DNA from: Ginglymostoma cirratum
Lineage: Eukaryota
Length of the DNA stretch: 64,000 bases
Direction of reading: 5' to 3'
Assembly (NCBI GenBank): GCA_024137785.1
Contig: JAHRHZ010000041.1
Coordinates: 22,895,518 to 22,959,517, forward strand
Within the stretch, counting starts at the first letter, position 1, and each line of letters starts with the position of its first letter. The notes below the pieces were generated by a model, which was not told the origin of the DNA, did no database searches, and saw nothing but the letters and a program-made list of their open reading frames with translations. Shown in pieces: positions 1 through 14,429 of this stretch. The translations under genes and the position numbers were made by a program.

Positions 1-400
1 TTCACCCCTACCGTTGCTGACACACTTCTTCTCGCCGAACCCCACAGGTTATAAGATTCTCAAACTCATGTTTAAGTCATTTCGCTGCCCATTCCTTCCT
101 TTCACAACTTCCTCAGAACTTTAATTCTTCTGACACTGACCATTTTTGCCTTGCTCTCTCCATTGGTTCAATCTGAGCCTACCAGTCATTCAGCCATTCA
201 CTCTCTTCCCTAACTCGCCCCCATCTACTTCTCTTTTTCTCGTTCACTTTTAAGATCCCTCTCTTGGACCAGGCTTTGATCACCCACTTAATGTCTTCTA
301 CCTTGGTTCAGCTTCAATTACCAGTTTACCCTAATGGGACGCATTGCTTCTTTATTCTAAGTTAGAGGCAGCACACAAACATGATTTGTTTTGGTTGTTG
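1..400 (+). mobile_element. Degenerate 3' end of an L2-clade LINE
   Basis: Remnants of the L2-type 3' tail (ctcttggaccaggctttgatcacc ... tgggacg ... ttgttttggttgttg); heavily diverged. Confidence 0.5.
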
Positions 401-439
401 ATTCTGCCTGTCATAGACAATGTAAACATGGATATGGTC

Positions 440-1000
440 AAATAGTATGTCAGAATAAAGCAATTGAGTACAAAAGCAGGGAAGTTGTGCTGAATGCTTA
501 TAAAGTACTGGCTGGCACAACTGGAGCTGTACGTCCAGTTCTGTTCCCCTTACTTAAGGAAAGGAGTAATAAGGTTCTTGAGAAGGTGCTGAGAGACTTA
601 TCAGAACAATTCCAGGGTTAAGTGATTTTAGCTACAGTGTTAGATTAGAAAAAATGGTGATTTTTTCCCCTCAGATCATATCGTTAGGGATGAGCAGTAA
701 ATGCTACCCTAACCACTGATGTCCCCTTCGCAGGAACATAACTGTAAGAACAGGTAATTGCTGGGAGATCATATTGGAGTATGTACAAGATGATGATAAT
801 TTTGAATTAGGTGGACAAAGAAAAGTTGTTTCATTAGCTGATGACAAAAGGATGAAAAGACACAGAATTAAGGTGTTGTGCAACAGTTGCGGGGAGACAT
901 GAACACGTGACATGGAACCTCATGCCGAATTGCTCGAACTGAATTGCTCGACAGAATCAATATGGACTCAATGGACCAAATGGCTTCCTTCTATGTTGGG
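440..1000 (+). mobile_element. Degenerate CR1 LINE 3' fragment
   Basis: Translates as AIEYKSREVVLNAYKVL, a typical CR1 ORF2 C-terminal motif, followed by gtccagttctg and a CR1-like tail (ggaccaaatggcttccttct). Confidence 0.7.
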
Positions 1001-4000
1001 AGGACTCTTTGACTCTGTGTAACTAACTTCCCAATTATATCACGTTCTAGCTAGGGAGGAAATTCAACACCTAAGCATTAAAAATTCCAGAACAAGTTTT
1101 TATTTCTAAATTCATCAACAAATGTTAATAAAAGTATGCAGACTCAAGACTAGCTGGCAAGAAACTGACTGCATTTAAAGAAGTAGAAATAAATAGTTTG
1201 TCTTACTGTCACAGCTGAACTATTTAATCAACAAAGAAAGTACTATTAAATTCTGGTACACTGTAATAACAAAATAATAAATACCATCATGCCATTCCCT
1301 GTGGTTTAATAAGCATATTGTTTATCTGATGATTTACGATGGACCACACATGGTAGAGTGGTATAAATGTTCACTAAATGATAAATGAAACAGCCATCCT
1401 CTAGATTTTGGGTTTAAAGTTGTTATTTTTACCGTTCATGTTTTATTAATGTTGGCAAATTCCAGAGATCTATACGCATTATGGCTAGCCAAAGAATAAC
1501 TTTAGAACACAGGATCAGACAGTCCACAGATTTAGATTAAATCTTAACAATACCGTATTCAGCAGTAATAATGTGACAACATGGATATAGTTTACTGCAT
1601 TAGACGTGAAGAACTTTATTATAGTATACATTTCAGCTTTGTAAGTATGTTATGGCACACTGTGAGAACGATATTGTCACTATGACAATTTTGATGAATT
1701 TCAGTTTAACGTTGCAATCTGTTATAATATTGACAAAGTTGCAATAAATTCAAGGCAATGTAAAAATTAAAATATTTCAGTCATAGCATTTGAAATTCAA
1801 TCCAATAGATTTAGAGCTCTTTCCAACAATATCAACAGTAACAATTTATAAGGGCGTCAAGCTGAACACTCTTTAAACCTGGCTGAAAATAATTGAAAAG
1901 AATATGAAAAGTACATGACCGTCCATAAAATGCAAGTTTAGCAAATGAGTTTAATTTCATTAATTGTGTTCATGACTAAATTCACTGTCTGACCATGTCT
2001 AGTTCAATTGATCTTCTAAGTATTCCGGCCAGCTCAAACTCAGTGTGTATTAAATTACGGATATATGCTTAGGAACACGAACATTGCTGGCAAATACAGT
2101 ATTTAATATCCATCCCTGATTACCTGATTGCTTTTGTAAACCACAGAAGTTCTTGTGAGATGCATAGCCCTTCAGTGCCGTGAGGTAGGGAGTTCCGAGG
2201 TATTCACCCACCAACAACAGCATGGACAGAATCTTAGTGGGGCCTGGACGACACGGGCTATGGCAAGAAATGTGGCAAAATTCCGTGAGAGTTCCAGAGA
2301 GGCCTATCTCAACAATTCGCTGTAGTTTTAACCAAATTCTGAAGTGAGATTTATGCTCGGAGGTGATGTGTTGCCTATTAAACTGGATTATTGCTTGTTA
2401 ATGAGCTTATCATCTCACTTCATAAAAACCCTGTTTCCTTTTCCACCACTTGCCATGAGGGAACTCGATGCTGAGAATTCTCAACATGGAACTCACAATG
2501 GTTACCTGGCAAGTTCAGCTCACCTCTGACTACGAAGAACCTCCCATGTTAATTATGTACATGTACAATCCACAAGCACCACCACCATTGCCAATCCCTC
2601 AGGATCCTTGTAGCACCTCTCCAACCCCTGAGCAGGAAGCTTAGAAAGTATAAACCTGTGATTCAAGTTGTACCAGCCACTAGTATTGAAAGGCTGATGT
2701 AAGCACACTCCGCACATAGGGACAGGCGCCCAACTGAAAGACTGGACCACACTGTATCTCACAGCTACTCACTTGCTCACTCACTTACCACCTACCTACA
2801 TGTTCGCAGCATCGATACCCTGCCTTGATATGTCATGCCCATGAGTACACTGGTACTTTCGCCAGAGCCTATTGGCTATCAGTATTGTCTTGTTGTCTGG
2901 CCTGCCGAGACATCAATCTAAAACTTACGGCTTGTACCAGCTGGCTGAGTGGGAAGTGCACTAGAGGTTTATTGAACTATATCAGAAAGTAGGTCAGAGC
3001 CTGTACTCAGTCTAATGAATGGAGGACTGCTGTTGATCAGGGTGAGTCATGGGCACAGTCCACATACAGTCCAGGCCTTTAGCAATGGACAATTACCCAT
3101 CTGGATGGGTTGCAGTCAGGGCATATGACCAACTACAGTCGGGGGAGTGGGCAACAGTCAGCCCTGTAGGGCCATCACAAGCAGTCAAGGAAATTGTGTA
3201 ATTTCAGTCTAGGAGGTACAAAGTCGAACTGGTCAGTCATGTCTAGAGATTGTTGTTAAAGTCTGTCAGAGGTCCAGGGTGATGCAGTCTTGGGGATCTG
3301 TGTGTTGATCAGTGAGGAGGGTGCGGGGGGTGGTCTCTGGATAAAGGATGGCTAATAGATAAAAGGGAGTGCGGCAGTCCAAGTTGTTGGAGAGAAAACA
3401 GAGCGGGGGGAGCATAGATGACTATGCTGCACATCAGTATGAGGTGATACCATGTCTCGGGGTCAACAAAGGAAAGTTGAGGGCAAAGTTCAATATGCTG
3501 TGTCTCCACATGGGGAGAGGCATGGAACTGAGCTGTCAGGTAGGGCAATGTAAAATGGGACATGCAGGCTCATGCTGGAGGGGGGGGGGGGATACATGGT
3601 GGCCAAGCAGACCCTAGAGCTGACTGTGTCCACTGCAAACTGCATTCCCTGCCATCATTTGCTGTTCACTAGACACTAACTATAACTGGAAAACAGCTGA
3701 GGACAATGCCCAGGGTAGGTGGAGTCGGTGTCAGTTTGATTGGTGAAAGAACAGGATTCACGTCTGCTGCAGCTAGAACATCAAAGGGGAAAATGCATCA
3801 AGCATGTGTTTGCAAACTACAGCTACATTTAACTTGCAGTCATTTCATTCTCCATTTGTAATGCATGTAGGGTGAACTCGCTTAGGGTTCAAATACTCGT
3901 CAAAGGCTATTTGCACCATCATGATTGATGTGGGTCTGGGATAGGAATGTGTTCTAGGCACAGCATGCACTCCCTTTTTGATGTAATGTGTTGGTCACTC

Positions 4001-4399
4001 AACTGGCACAGCACCTTCACCATGTTGCTGTACTTTCTGAGGCTAAAGCTGAACAAAAGATGGAGACTTGGCCCTCATCATTGGATGCAGCATGTCTCAC
4101 TGTGTGGAGGAGTGTGTGCAGCCTGCATCTACAGGGTTGGGGGGCAGTCACCAATGATTGTTTTCAGAGTTGTTTTGCTCCTGATGCTCCCAGCACAGGT
4201 CGTTGCCGGAAATAGTCATACTCCCAGCTGCTGGTCGCTGTGGCCACCTTCTTCAGAAAGCAAAGGCGAAGGTGAAAACAGGAGGCCAAGGTCAACAGAA
4301 AGCTTAGGTGCAGCAGCAGGCCATCACAGAAGATAAGAAGCATCCAACTCAGGCAGCAGTCATATTACATGGCCCCTCAGGATGCACGTGATCCATTGG

Positions 4400-5140
4400 A
4401 AGACTCAAGGTTTTTGACCCCAAATCCAGTGCCTGCGGATGAATGAGGTGCAGTGTTGGTACACACTCCTTGTGTCCCAGGACACTGTGACGGAACTATA
4501 CCGGAAGCTAGACAGGGACCTGAAGGCTGCAGGTGTGGGAGGCCAATCTCTCCCTGCAGCTGTGAAGGTGACAGCCGCTTTGAACATCTGTGTGACTGAC
4601 TCCTTCCAGGCAGTGACAGGTGGGCTGTGTGGGATCTTAGTTGTACACCAACCAATATACCAGGGCAGTGACTGATGCCATCTGTGCAAAATTGCACTTG
4701 TTCATTTTGTTTCCTGATGATCAGGTTAGTGCTGCAGCCCGGGCAGTAGGATTTACGTCCTGCCGCAGTCAGGATACATTGGCTCCACACACCTGGAACT
4801 GAGAGGGCCATATCACAACACTGCAGGAAGGGATTCCATTCGATTCATGCCCAGGTGATCTGTGCTCACTATCACTCCTTCCTGGAGATGTATGCCCAGT
4901 ATCCTGGCAGCTCTCATAACTCCTACATCCAGGGGTACTTTATGTACCTGCTGCACTTGAGGGTCCGGTGCCCGTCAAACTGGTTACTGAAGGATAAGGG
5001 ATACTTGCTATGACTATGGCTAATGACACCATTGAGCACCTTCCTGACTGATACAGAGCACTGATATAATATTGCCTGTGCCATTGTGGAGCAATGCTGG
5101 GTCTTCCACTATAGAACAAACAGAGTGTATCCCATCACCC
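4400..5140 (+). pseudogene. PIF/Harbinger DDE transposase pseudogene (HARBI1-like); the element probably spans about 2225-5380
   Basis: Motifs LPAAVKVTAALNICVTDSFQ (ORF 4439), RKGFHSIHAQVIC, YPGSSHNSYI and WLLKDKGYLL*LWLMTP match Harbinger transposase blocks; disrupted by stops and frameshifts. Confidence 0.85.
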
Positions 5141-5479
5141 TGGGTGTGCTGCCAACAAGGTGATGAGCTGGATGCTGAGGAACTCAGAGAACAGGAGTAG
5201 CCCTCTGAAGAGGAGGATGAGGACATTGCGAGGAGGAAGCTCTCGTTGTCCATGACAGAATTCAACTGTGTCAGGTGCTACAAGCCTGACAGGACCTAAT
5301 TGACATCCAGTTCCAGTAGATAATAGCTGGGTACTGCACACAATCATGAAATTTAAAATAGCCATTTGTCATCATGTCAGCCATTTGTTTTGCATTGTGG
5401 GGATATACTGCAGTCTCTATTTGTTTTGTTTTTGTTCACTTTTACTGGTCAGAAACAAAAGCTCATCTTCGGAATTTCT

Positions 5480-5818
5480 TTTATTCTTTACTCATTCATG
5501 GAATGAGGGCATCGCTGGCTAGGTTAGCATTTATTGCCCTGAGGGCAGTTAAGAGTCAACCACATTGCGGTGGCTCTGGAGTCCCATGTAGGCCAGACCA
5601 GGTAAGGATGGCAGTTTTCTTTGCTAAAGGGCATTAGTGAACCAGATGGGTTTTTCTGACAATTGGCAATGGTCAGCGCTAGTCTCTTAATTCCAGATAA
5701 TTATTGAAGTCAAATTCCACCAACAGCTGTGTTGGGATTTGAACACAGGTCTCCAGAACATTACCTGGGTCTCTAGATTAACAGTCCAGCAATAATACCT
5801 CCATGCCATTGCCTCCCC
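5480..5818 (-). mobile_element. tRNA-derived SINE sharing its 3' tail with a CR1-like LINE
   Basis: Reverse complement of the element at 8335-8640; tRNA-like head (ggcatggaggtatt ... gtgttcaaatccc) and gggcaataaatgct tail. Confidence 0.8.
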
Positions 5819-6119
5819 ATATTTGTGTGATTGCTTACCTGTACAAAAAATTCCCATACTGGACAATGACACAATGTGAGTCTACATTGTGCACTGGGAG
5901 CAGAATAGCAATGATGTAGAGAGGGTGTGTGGATGAGACGTAGCTAATGACAGGTAATCTGTGTGGCCTGCGTTTAAACAGCAACAAAGGTGGGAGAATG
6001 GAGTTGGATGTGTGAGGCAGTGTCAGCCATGCCAGCTACGTGCTGTGGATGTGTGGCTTTGTGGCTGTTTTGCCATTATATCACTAGTGAGGAACAGTAC
6101 CAGATTGCCCATATTTGCC

Positions 6120-6900
6120 TGCTTGCATAGCAACCTTGTAAAAGTGATGGAGGTTCCAGGGATGCTGGCCTATCTAGTGAGCATTGAGTTGTTCCAGGAA
6201 AGACGTGGTGTTCCCTTGTTATTTTTGGTGGTAGAGGTCATTAATTTCGAAGGTGCTGTTAAAGAATGCTTAGCAAGTTGTTGCAGTGCATCTTGTGAAT
6301 GGTAGAAATTGTAGCGCACTGGAGGGAATGACTGTTTAAGGTAACGGATAGGATGCAGATCAAGCGAGCTGTTTTATCCTAGATAGTGTTAAGCTTCCTG
6401 AGTGTCATTTGAACTGCACTCTTCTAAGTAAATGTACAGTATTCACAGACTTTACTGGACCAAGCATGTAAACACTGCGGCCAGAGGAGCTGGTCAGGGG
6501 TTGAATATTCTTCAGCAAATGATTCACCTTTTAACTCCCTCCTCGCCATCTACACGGCAGAAATGTGATAGAATAGCTTGTAAAGTGATTAATCAAAAGA
6601 GAGGAAATACTTGTTGAATGATCATATTTTAAAATGGAGTGGAATAGCAGAGGGACCTTCATGTTCATTAAAATGACCACACAAATAGCTAAAGGCATAA
6701 AATACAGACAGAATCCTTGGTTTTGAATCTACAACACAGAATACAAAGCAAGAAGACACTCAAATTTACAAGAACTTATTGAGACCACAGTTGTCATATT
6801 GTACGTAGTTTTGGACACTGTTTTGCAGGAGGAATATTAAATCAATTGTAAAGCTAAAGTTCAGATCCATTCAGATGTCACCCAGGACAAAAGGTTAAAA
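6120..6900. mobile_element. Mixed degenerate CR1-like LINE fragments on both strands
   Basis: LINE ORF2 3' remnants on minus (about 6120-6430) and plus (about 6440-6900, e.g. agaatacaaagcaagaag...gagaccacagttg). Confidence 0.5.
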
Positions 6901-8334
6901 ATTAAGAAGCCACTTAACATTCCTCTTTACTTATTCAAATGAATCATGGCAAGCTAGAATGAAAGAAGTGCAGATGGAAAACTTTTATGATGAGGCTAAC
7001 TTGGAGTATAGCACGCCACAGGACTTGTTAACTTCTCAAATTAAATCGATGGTGTCTGATGCCAGGACACATGTTAAACCAAGCAGATCCATTGCCAAAA
7101 TAAGTATGACATGACCACAACACACCAGGTACAATGGTGTGCAGGCACTATGCCAGGGTGAGAAGAAAGCCCCTTTTTGTCAACGTTACCAGACTTAACT
7201 CCAAAAAGAAATATGTTGGTCTTGCCTATAATGTTGTGCATGTGATTTAGGAGCAGAAGTGATTTTCCATTTTTGAAACACTGGAGCAACGATGAAACTT
7301 ACAAAAATTTGTACAATGTAATTACACATAAAATTTTCTGTACTCATTTGGGAAAAGAATTTGGCACTTCTACCAATGCCAATGGGACTTCTAGACCCCT
7401 CAAAGCAGAGAGGCTGTGCTGAATATTGAGTGCAAATGATACTTTAAGTGCACCATTTGTTATGAAATTTATATAATCTATACATATTTTCCAGTTTATA
7501 TCATGATGTCCAGTTCATTGTTTCTGATGCAATTATTTCCTTTTCTTCCATTTGTTTCCTTTTGTACCCCACAGTCCCCTCTTTTAACCAAAGGTTTTCA
7601 CAAAAATAATTAAAATGTTCACTGCAGACAATCAGTTTTATTGATCCTAATTAGATTTTCAACTCAACATCAAAAGAACATCCAATAAGGAAGAGAAAAC
7701 TTTCTTTCAGCATTCAAGATCCATGTAAGCAATTTTGCTCAATTTTAAAGGCAGGCTTCAGCTTCTTGCAACATCTGGTTCTGGGATATAAAATATTTTA
7801 TTTTCTTTGGAGAGCAGAAGGATGGGCTTTGAGCCAAGAGAGGTCAAGCCTCCCTCGCACAGGGCTGTTGATGGGGACATGCTGCATTGTGCTCAAAGAA
7901 AGACCTGCATGAACCCCATGTCTAAACCCACTTTCTGAATCACTACTCGAGACAAACACTCATTTTTTGCTCACTTTTTAACCCCTTAAAGTATTGTTAC
8001 TAGATGCAACATTGACAAGAAAATCCATCTTGGAATAACTTGGAAACATGTTTGCTAAATCACAAAGCATAATTAAATACACATGGATTTATATGCCAGG
8101 AGAAACTGAAACGTTCTTAAATGTACAGTCGTAACATTTCTGATATTAACTTCAGGGGTGTGGTGAGCTTATGTCATTTGTAATAATATGGGCAGAAATA
8201 TATCATTTCATATTGCATGGGTAGGTTGGTATTACTCTTCTTTTTATAAACTTTTGCCAATATCAATCCTATATCTCTTCCTTTCTCACTGGTTGGTGCA
8301 AGATTTATGATGCCTGGCCTGCGTGACCACTACA

Positions 8335-8640
8335 GGAGACAATGGCCTAGTGGGATTATTGCTGGCAACCCAGATAACATTTTGGGACCCTGGGTTCGAA
8401 TCCCACCATGGCAGATGGTGGAATTAAGAATCTAATGATGCCCATGAACCCATTGTCAATTGCCGGAAAAGCCCATCTGGTTTGCTAATGTTCTTTAGGC
8501 AAGGAAACTGCCATTGTTACCTGGTCTGACCTATATGTGACTCCAGACCCACAATGTGGTTGACTCTGAACTGCCCTCTGGGTGATTAGGGATGGGCAAT
8601 AAATGCTGTCTGGTCATTCCCTAAATGAATAAAGAAAAAA
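8335..8640 (+). mobile_element. tRNA-derived SINE, near full length
   Basis: A-box-like tggcctagtgg, B-box gggttcgaatccc, body homologous to 5480-5818 and 55540-56532, tail tagggatgggcaataaatgctg. Confidence 0.85.
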
Positions 8641-11600
8641 ACCCAAGTGTGGCCATCAGGGCACGACTCCTGAGCCTGGTCCTGTTTGCATACAAAATCC
8701 ACAGATACCAACTTCCCAAAGAGGTCATTATTCAAGTGGAGCTGCTGGCTGCTTGCTCCATATCTACCGAAGGTCGCAACAGCCTTACTGCTGCCCCACC
8801 TCACACAGCATATTATATCAAAGTGATGGAATTTTCTGGTCCATAATACTTTGCTGTTTACAGGATAGGGGCTGGTTAATCATCAGGCAAACTCATATTT
8901 GTGTAATTCATCTAGTTTGGGTTATTCCTTTTTTGCCTTGGATGAGACTCAATGACATTTTGAACGCATACTGCATAACTATGCAGTCATGAGGAAATTG
9001 ATACTGGCATGATTTGTATAAAGCTCGAAGAAATCCACAGCAGCACGTCTCAAAATAAGTAAAAACGTACTTTTTCTCTCATCTCAATTACCAAACCTGC
9101 AATGCTACACGTTCTACGCTGCCTCTGCAGTCCTCTCTTCCGTAACTATGAACCCTATTTGGACTGGTCAGGACCATCGATTATATATCTAAACATTTGT
9201 AATAAGACATTTAAAAAAAAAAACTCAGACTGCGTTTAAATTCAGCTCAAACTGAAGTGGAAAGCTATAATATCCAAAAGCTATAAGGTCTTTTGTGAAA
9301 TTAGTTGCATCATTCTAAAACCCATGACTCATTGGATTAACCATAATTTTATATTCAACTGAGACATTAAACAAAAGCTCTAATTTTCGCCAGATAATTC
9401 AACAGATTTATACAATGGATGAGTGAGAAAAATCCCAGCTTCAGACTTAAATTCAGCTCACTACCCTGCAATACGTTCAGAAAAATCAGCCAGATTTTCG
9501 CATGTGTGTTTGCCAGCTAAAAATTCACATCTGTGAGCACAAGCGCAGGCAGTCATGGTTCCTCATTCCAGTTATTGAATAATTCCTTCTTTTCCCTAGT
9601 TCAAAAAGCAGCTTTATAATGTCCAAAATAGATCTTACGCAATACTTTTAGATGGATAAAGATGATTTTGAGAATCAGGCTTAAACACAGTTTTGAATTT
9701 GATGCTTATGAATCGGTTCAAGATCATTTGTAAAGTTTTAGTGTTCCTTCTGTCTGATCTCAGAGACATCTCTTGCAAGATGTATAAAATGTCTTATTTT
9801 CCCTCAGGAGAGTTCTACTTTAAGCTGAAGTACAATGAAAATACAGGATGGTACTGATACAGCATGATTCTGATTGTAAGTTGATACAAAGCACGATCGA
9901 TACAGCTATAAATATACAATAAAAGCAGAAAGTGCTGTAGAAATTCAACAAGTCTGGCCACCTGTGGAGAGAGAAACAGAGTTAGCTTTTCAAGTCCTGT
10001 ATGATTCTTCTTCGGAACTTACAGCTTGCAGCTGATTCTTATAATTTTCTTTGTTTTTAAATGATGCAGAATAAACCATATCTTTGATGAAACATCTGAA
10101 GGATGCATTTGTGATATGAATGAAAACTCCACCTCTGAAGCTGATTAATATTATAACATGAGTGAGTTGTATATATGAATCTATCGGGTACTTGTGGCTG
10201 TAGCTTATGAACAACCAATTTTGTGAATCATAAAATGATTGAAATCAGAAAGTAACTTGAGACCGAAATGACCTGCCAGCTGCTTTCCCTTCTTACCATA
10301 ACTGTCATGCCAATTGTAAAAGCTAAGTGGGTGCAGCCCTTTCTCCCTCTTCAATCAGTAGATACGATGTCTTTGTCCAACAGAAGGAGTAACACGGATG
10401 CCTGAAACGTTAAATAGTTTTCAGTAATTTCAGGTCCATTGTACCTTTACAACCTGTATTCTCAGGACTCTGTGGGATGGGGGAGCTGTGATGCTTTTTT
10501 CAGATTTGTGTTGACTTATGGATCACTGAATTTCACCAATGGTTAGATCGTAGCAAAAGTAAATTCTCATTCAACCAGAAACTATCTCTTTCAAAAAATA
10601 TGGTTCCTGGGAGCATACCAATGTTTGCAGGAGATATCCTTTAACAAAAAAAAAGTCACTAAACCATTCAATACCTCTTTAAAGAATTGGAAAGGAGCAA
10701 TAAAAAACACATTATATACTATCTGGAGGGAGGATCAAATTAAATGTAGCATTCTGAATATACGGAAAATGTCAGAATTCAGCTGTTGAAACATGCTAAT
10801 TACTGAAATTACAACAAAGCTAAGCAGTTGAAAGGTGAGCTGTGAAAGAGATTAAATGGAACTTAAAAGAAAAGCTCAAAAGAAAAATCATATCCTACTC
10901 CAGTAATCATTGCCAATGTGGAGGAGTCAAAGTCTCCTCCCTTTTCTGGCAAAATAACAGACAAAGAATTAGAAAAAGGGATGTGGATCTTTCAAAATGA
11001 TTGTCAGATTAAATGCAGCACCAAGAACTATTAGTACTCATTAAATCTTAAATATTGAAGTTTCAAGTATATCATTAAAAATAATGATCTCTGCAGCTAT
11101 TTTTGGTTGAGTCACAATGAAGAATATTGTAAATGAGAGATGAGGCTTTTGAGTATTTCCTGCAAATTCCTTTGAATTTGACTTACATCAGTTTAGTTTT
11201 AAGTCAGCATGTGTTTCTGCTATCATTTAGGCCCATGCCCATTTATCACAATTAACTGGTCAGTCACAAAGTCTCTAACCGGCAATCTCACCACCCACTC
11301 TTGTTCCTCACTGCACACATGTCAATTGTCTTGCTGCTGCATGGTTTCTGCTTCCAGAAGTTGCACAGCTAGAGAGACTTGCCTGCACTTAAAAGGCTTT
11401 GCTAGCTTGTTGTATTGTGTTTCAATTTGGTCAAGATGGACTGTCATTGCAGTGTAAAGTAAGTTTTGTAGTAGCAATGCAAGCAAATGAATAAGAAATA
11501 AACTAGGAACTAATGTGAGAAGCCAGTATATTACAGTACTAGAAACATAGGAGGCCATTCAGTCCATCATGTCCATGTAGACTTTCTGCAAAAGCAGCTG

Positions 11601-11907
11601 TTTGTCTCACTCCTCTGCCCATTCTCTGCAGACCTGTGTTTTTTTTCTCGTTAGCTTCTTGTCTAATAGATCCATGCAGGATGAATAAAAATTATGGGGA
11701 ATGCTGCCAAACCCCCTATCTAATTTCTGAATAATGCAAGCTGCAAGGGGCCCCAGAAATATGTATTAATCATAGGAGTGGCCTCCTGTGCCTCCACACT
11801 TAAAAGCAGCAGCAATATTCTGGATGTTGCAGAGGCATGGATTCAGAGACCTACCAGCAGCATGACCACCAACAGAACGACATCAGAAACTACAAAGTAA
11901 AGCAATA

Positions 11908-13680
11908 GTGATAAGTGATGAAGCTGAACCATCTAAAAAGAAACCAAAAATATACAACTTCCACGTGGAATGGAAAAATGAATTGTTGTTGACAACTGTA
12001 AAAGACCAGCGCTTTGGCCTTTTATGTCACCAAAGTAAAGTAAAAAGGAACATTTTGAATGCACAACAATGCACACTAAATTCAAGCATACTTCTCCCTT
12101 GCAAAGCTTTGGTCAAAGAAAGTTAATGAGCTGAAGACAGTTTTAAAAATCCAACAAGTCATGTTTTTCTAAACCAGCGACAAAAAGTAAGGCCTGCTTG
12201 AAGCATCACTTTGCAGTTGCCATCTTCTGAAAAAACACAGGAAATCACTCACAGATGGTGGAGTAATTAAAAAAATTGACTGTGGCTGCTGACTTTTTAT
12301 TCAAAGATTTTAGGTACAAAGACTAAATAACACCATTTCATGCTTCCACAGTATCAAGACAAGTGGAATCTTTGTCCAAAGATATCTTTCAGTGATTAGA
12401 GCAGGATCTGAAGGACTGTGAATGCTTTTCAATACAGTTCGATGAATCCATCGACATGACCTACACAGCCCAGCAAAATGTTGTTGTGTACATGGATTTC
12501 AGAGACATAACTAAAGAGAATCTTCTCATCCTGTTTATTCTTAGTGAGAGAACAATGGTGGGGATATCAACAATGGATTCAAAAGGTATACACTTGAGAA
12601 AAGCATTCCAATCAAGAAACTGGTTTCCATCACAACTGAAGGAGCACCAACCATGCTTGGAAAATGCAGGCTTTGTTGTATTTTGCAGAAATGATTCTGA
12701 TTTCCGCTGTTTTGTCAATTACCACTATAAAATCACTCAGAAGCGCTAGTGAGTAAAGTTATAGGCTTTTCTCATTCAATGATAGTTGTTACAATTGTAA
12801 ACTGGATTTGAGCAAGAGCCCTTCAGCACTGCTGAAATCCTTAATCGATGAATTCAATGTTGGCTACAATGAATTAATCCTCCATCTTAGGAGATGGTTA
12901 AGTCGAGGGAAAGATTTTTGCATCTGATGACTGTAATTGCCACTTTTCTTAACTCAAGGAATGAAGTGTACTGTAAACTGTCAGACAATGTGTGATTGCT
13001 TGACTTCAGGTTTCCCACAAACATTTCAAAACTAAACGAACTGAACTGTGAACTGCAGGGTTCGCCCATATGATCACTGCTGTGAACACATTCATATTGA
13101 AACTAGCGTGACTCCTTCCAAATAAAAAAAAATAAAATGCTACAACACTTCCTGTGTCTGGAGAAAATATCAGAAAAAATCAAAGACAAAAAAGAAAGCG
13201 TCCACCCAGAAAGCCCCTGTGCACACCTGAGGAGCTTAACAGAGGAACTGAACAGGCAATTTGAGGAATTAGTTGGAATGGAATAACTCATCACATTTGT
13301 CTCAAAGCCATTCCTTCAAGTAGACATTGGTGGTTTAGCTGCCAAATTTCATTTAACTTACAAAGCAGTGGTGTTGATATGGAGATAATAGCTATACAAT
13401 ATGATATTGAATTGCAAGACAGATCAAGGAACAGCAGTTTTTGGCGAGTCACAAATAGAGAAAAATATTTATTCTTATCATCCTATGCTTTTAAAATGAA
13501 ATCTTGCTTGACTCTCCATTCCTCTATAAGACAGTTTTCTTCCAAATGAAGATAATCAAATTCAGTGCTACACCCACCTCACAGATAGCCATTTGATGGA
13601 CTGAATACAAATAACATGCACAAATACACCAAGACTTCAAAGCAGCAGCAGATAACGTGCAGTCACAGGTGTCACACTGA
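11908..13680 (+). pseudogene. hAT transposase pseudogene, GTF2IRD2/EPM2AIP1/Charlie-SPIN-like
   Basis: Ordered motifs across frameshifts: KKPKIYNFHVEW, KHRKSLTDG, FSIQFDESIDM (about 12430), ITTEGAPTMLGK (about 12630), RWLSRGK (about 12895), LNELNCELQG, and a C-terminal dimerisation remnant (FFQMKIIK, HLTDSHL). Many stops. Confidence 0.85.
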
Positions 13681-13929
13681 GATTTGGTGTGAAGAGAACA
13701 AAATGAATCAAATCATTTACTTTGACTTAGACTTATAGAGCACTAAACATACACTGTTTATTCTGAAGTAAAGCAGAGAACTGCAGATGCTGAAGCTCTG
13801 AAACAAAAGACAGAAAAAAAAGGTCATTAGACTTGACACTTTAACCTTTTCCAAAACTCTCTGTAACTATTTATTCTGTACATTCTTTAGAGTCAATCTT
13901 GGGTTGTACTTACATTCAAGGAGTAACCT

Positions 13930-14140
13930 TATGCTTAAAAAGGGCTCACCACAGAAGCTATGGAGGCTGGGGTCACTGAAGAAATACGAGAAAGAGAATG
14001 CCAAATAGTTAGATATTAAAGTGACAAGAGGTATGGAGAGAATGCAGGAATATGGCATTGAGATAAAGGATCAGCCATGATCAAATTGAATAGCAGAGCA
14101 AACTTGAGGGGACGAATAGCCTCTACCTGGCCCTAGTTTT
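13930..14140 (+). mobile_element. CR1 LINE 3' end fragment
   Basis: gatcagccatgatcaaattgaatagcagagcaaacttgaggggacgaatagcct, a CR1 3' UTR signature. Confidence 0.65.
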
Positions 14141-14429
14141 GTATGTATTGGAGACCATTGATTTAGACTCTGTCCAAATACGTTTTATTTACAGTCACAG
14201 CAAGAGGCGATCTGGACCAGTAGCTTTATACTATACAACATTATGCACATTATAAATTGGACTAAGAGTTATTATTTTACATTTTCACACTGAATGTCTT
14301 CTTGGCTGTACCGGAAGGGCAAAATGCAATAGATATCAAGTTGTGTATTGACGCTAAAATAACAATATAACATATCTGCAAGGTTATGATTGATCAGAAA
14401 CTTAAGAGTACTTGTAAGAAAAAAGAATG

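Noticed and set aside
3947-4811. Overlapping ORFs of 129 and 144 aa
   Set aside because: Shadow frames within the decayed Harbinger element.
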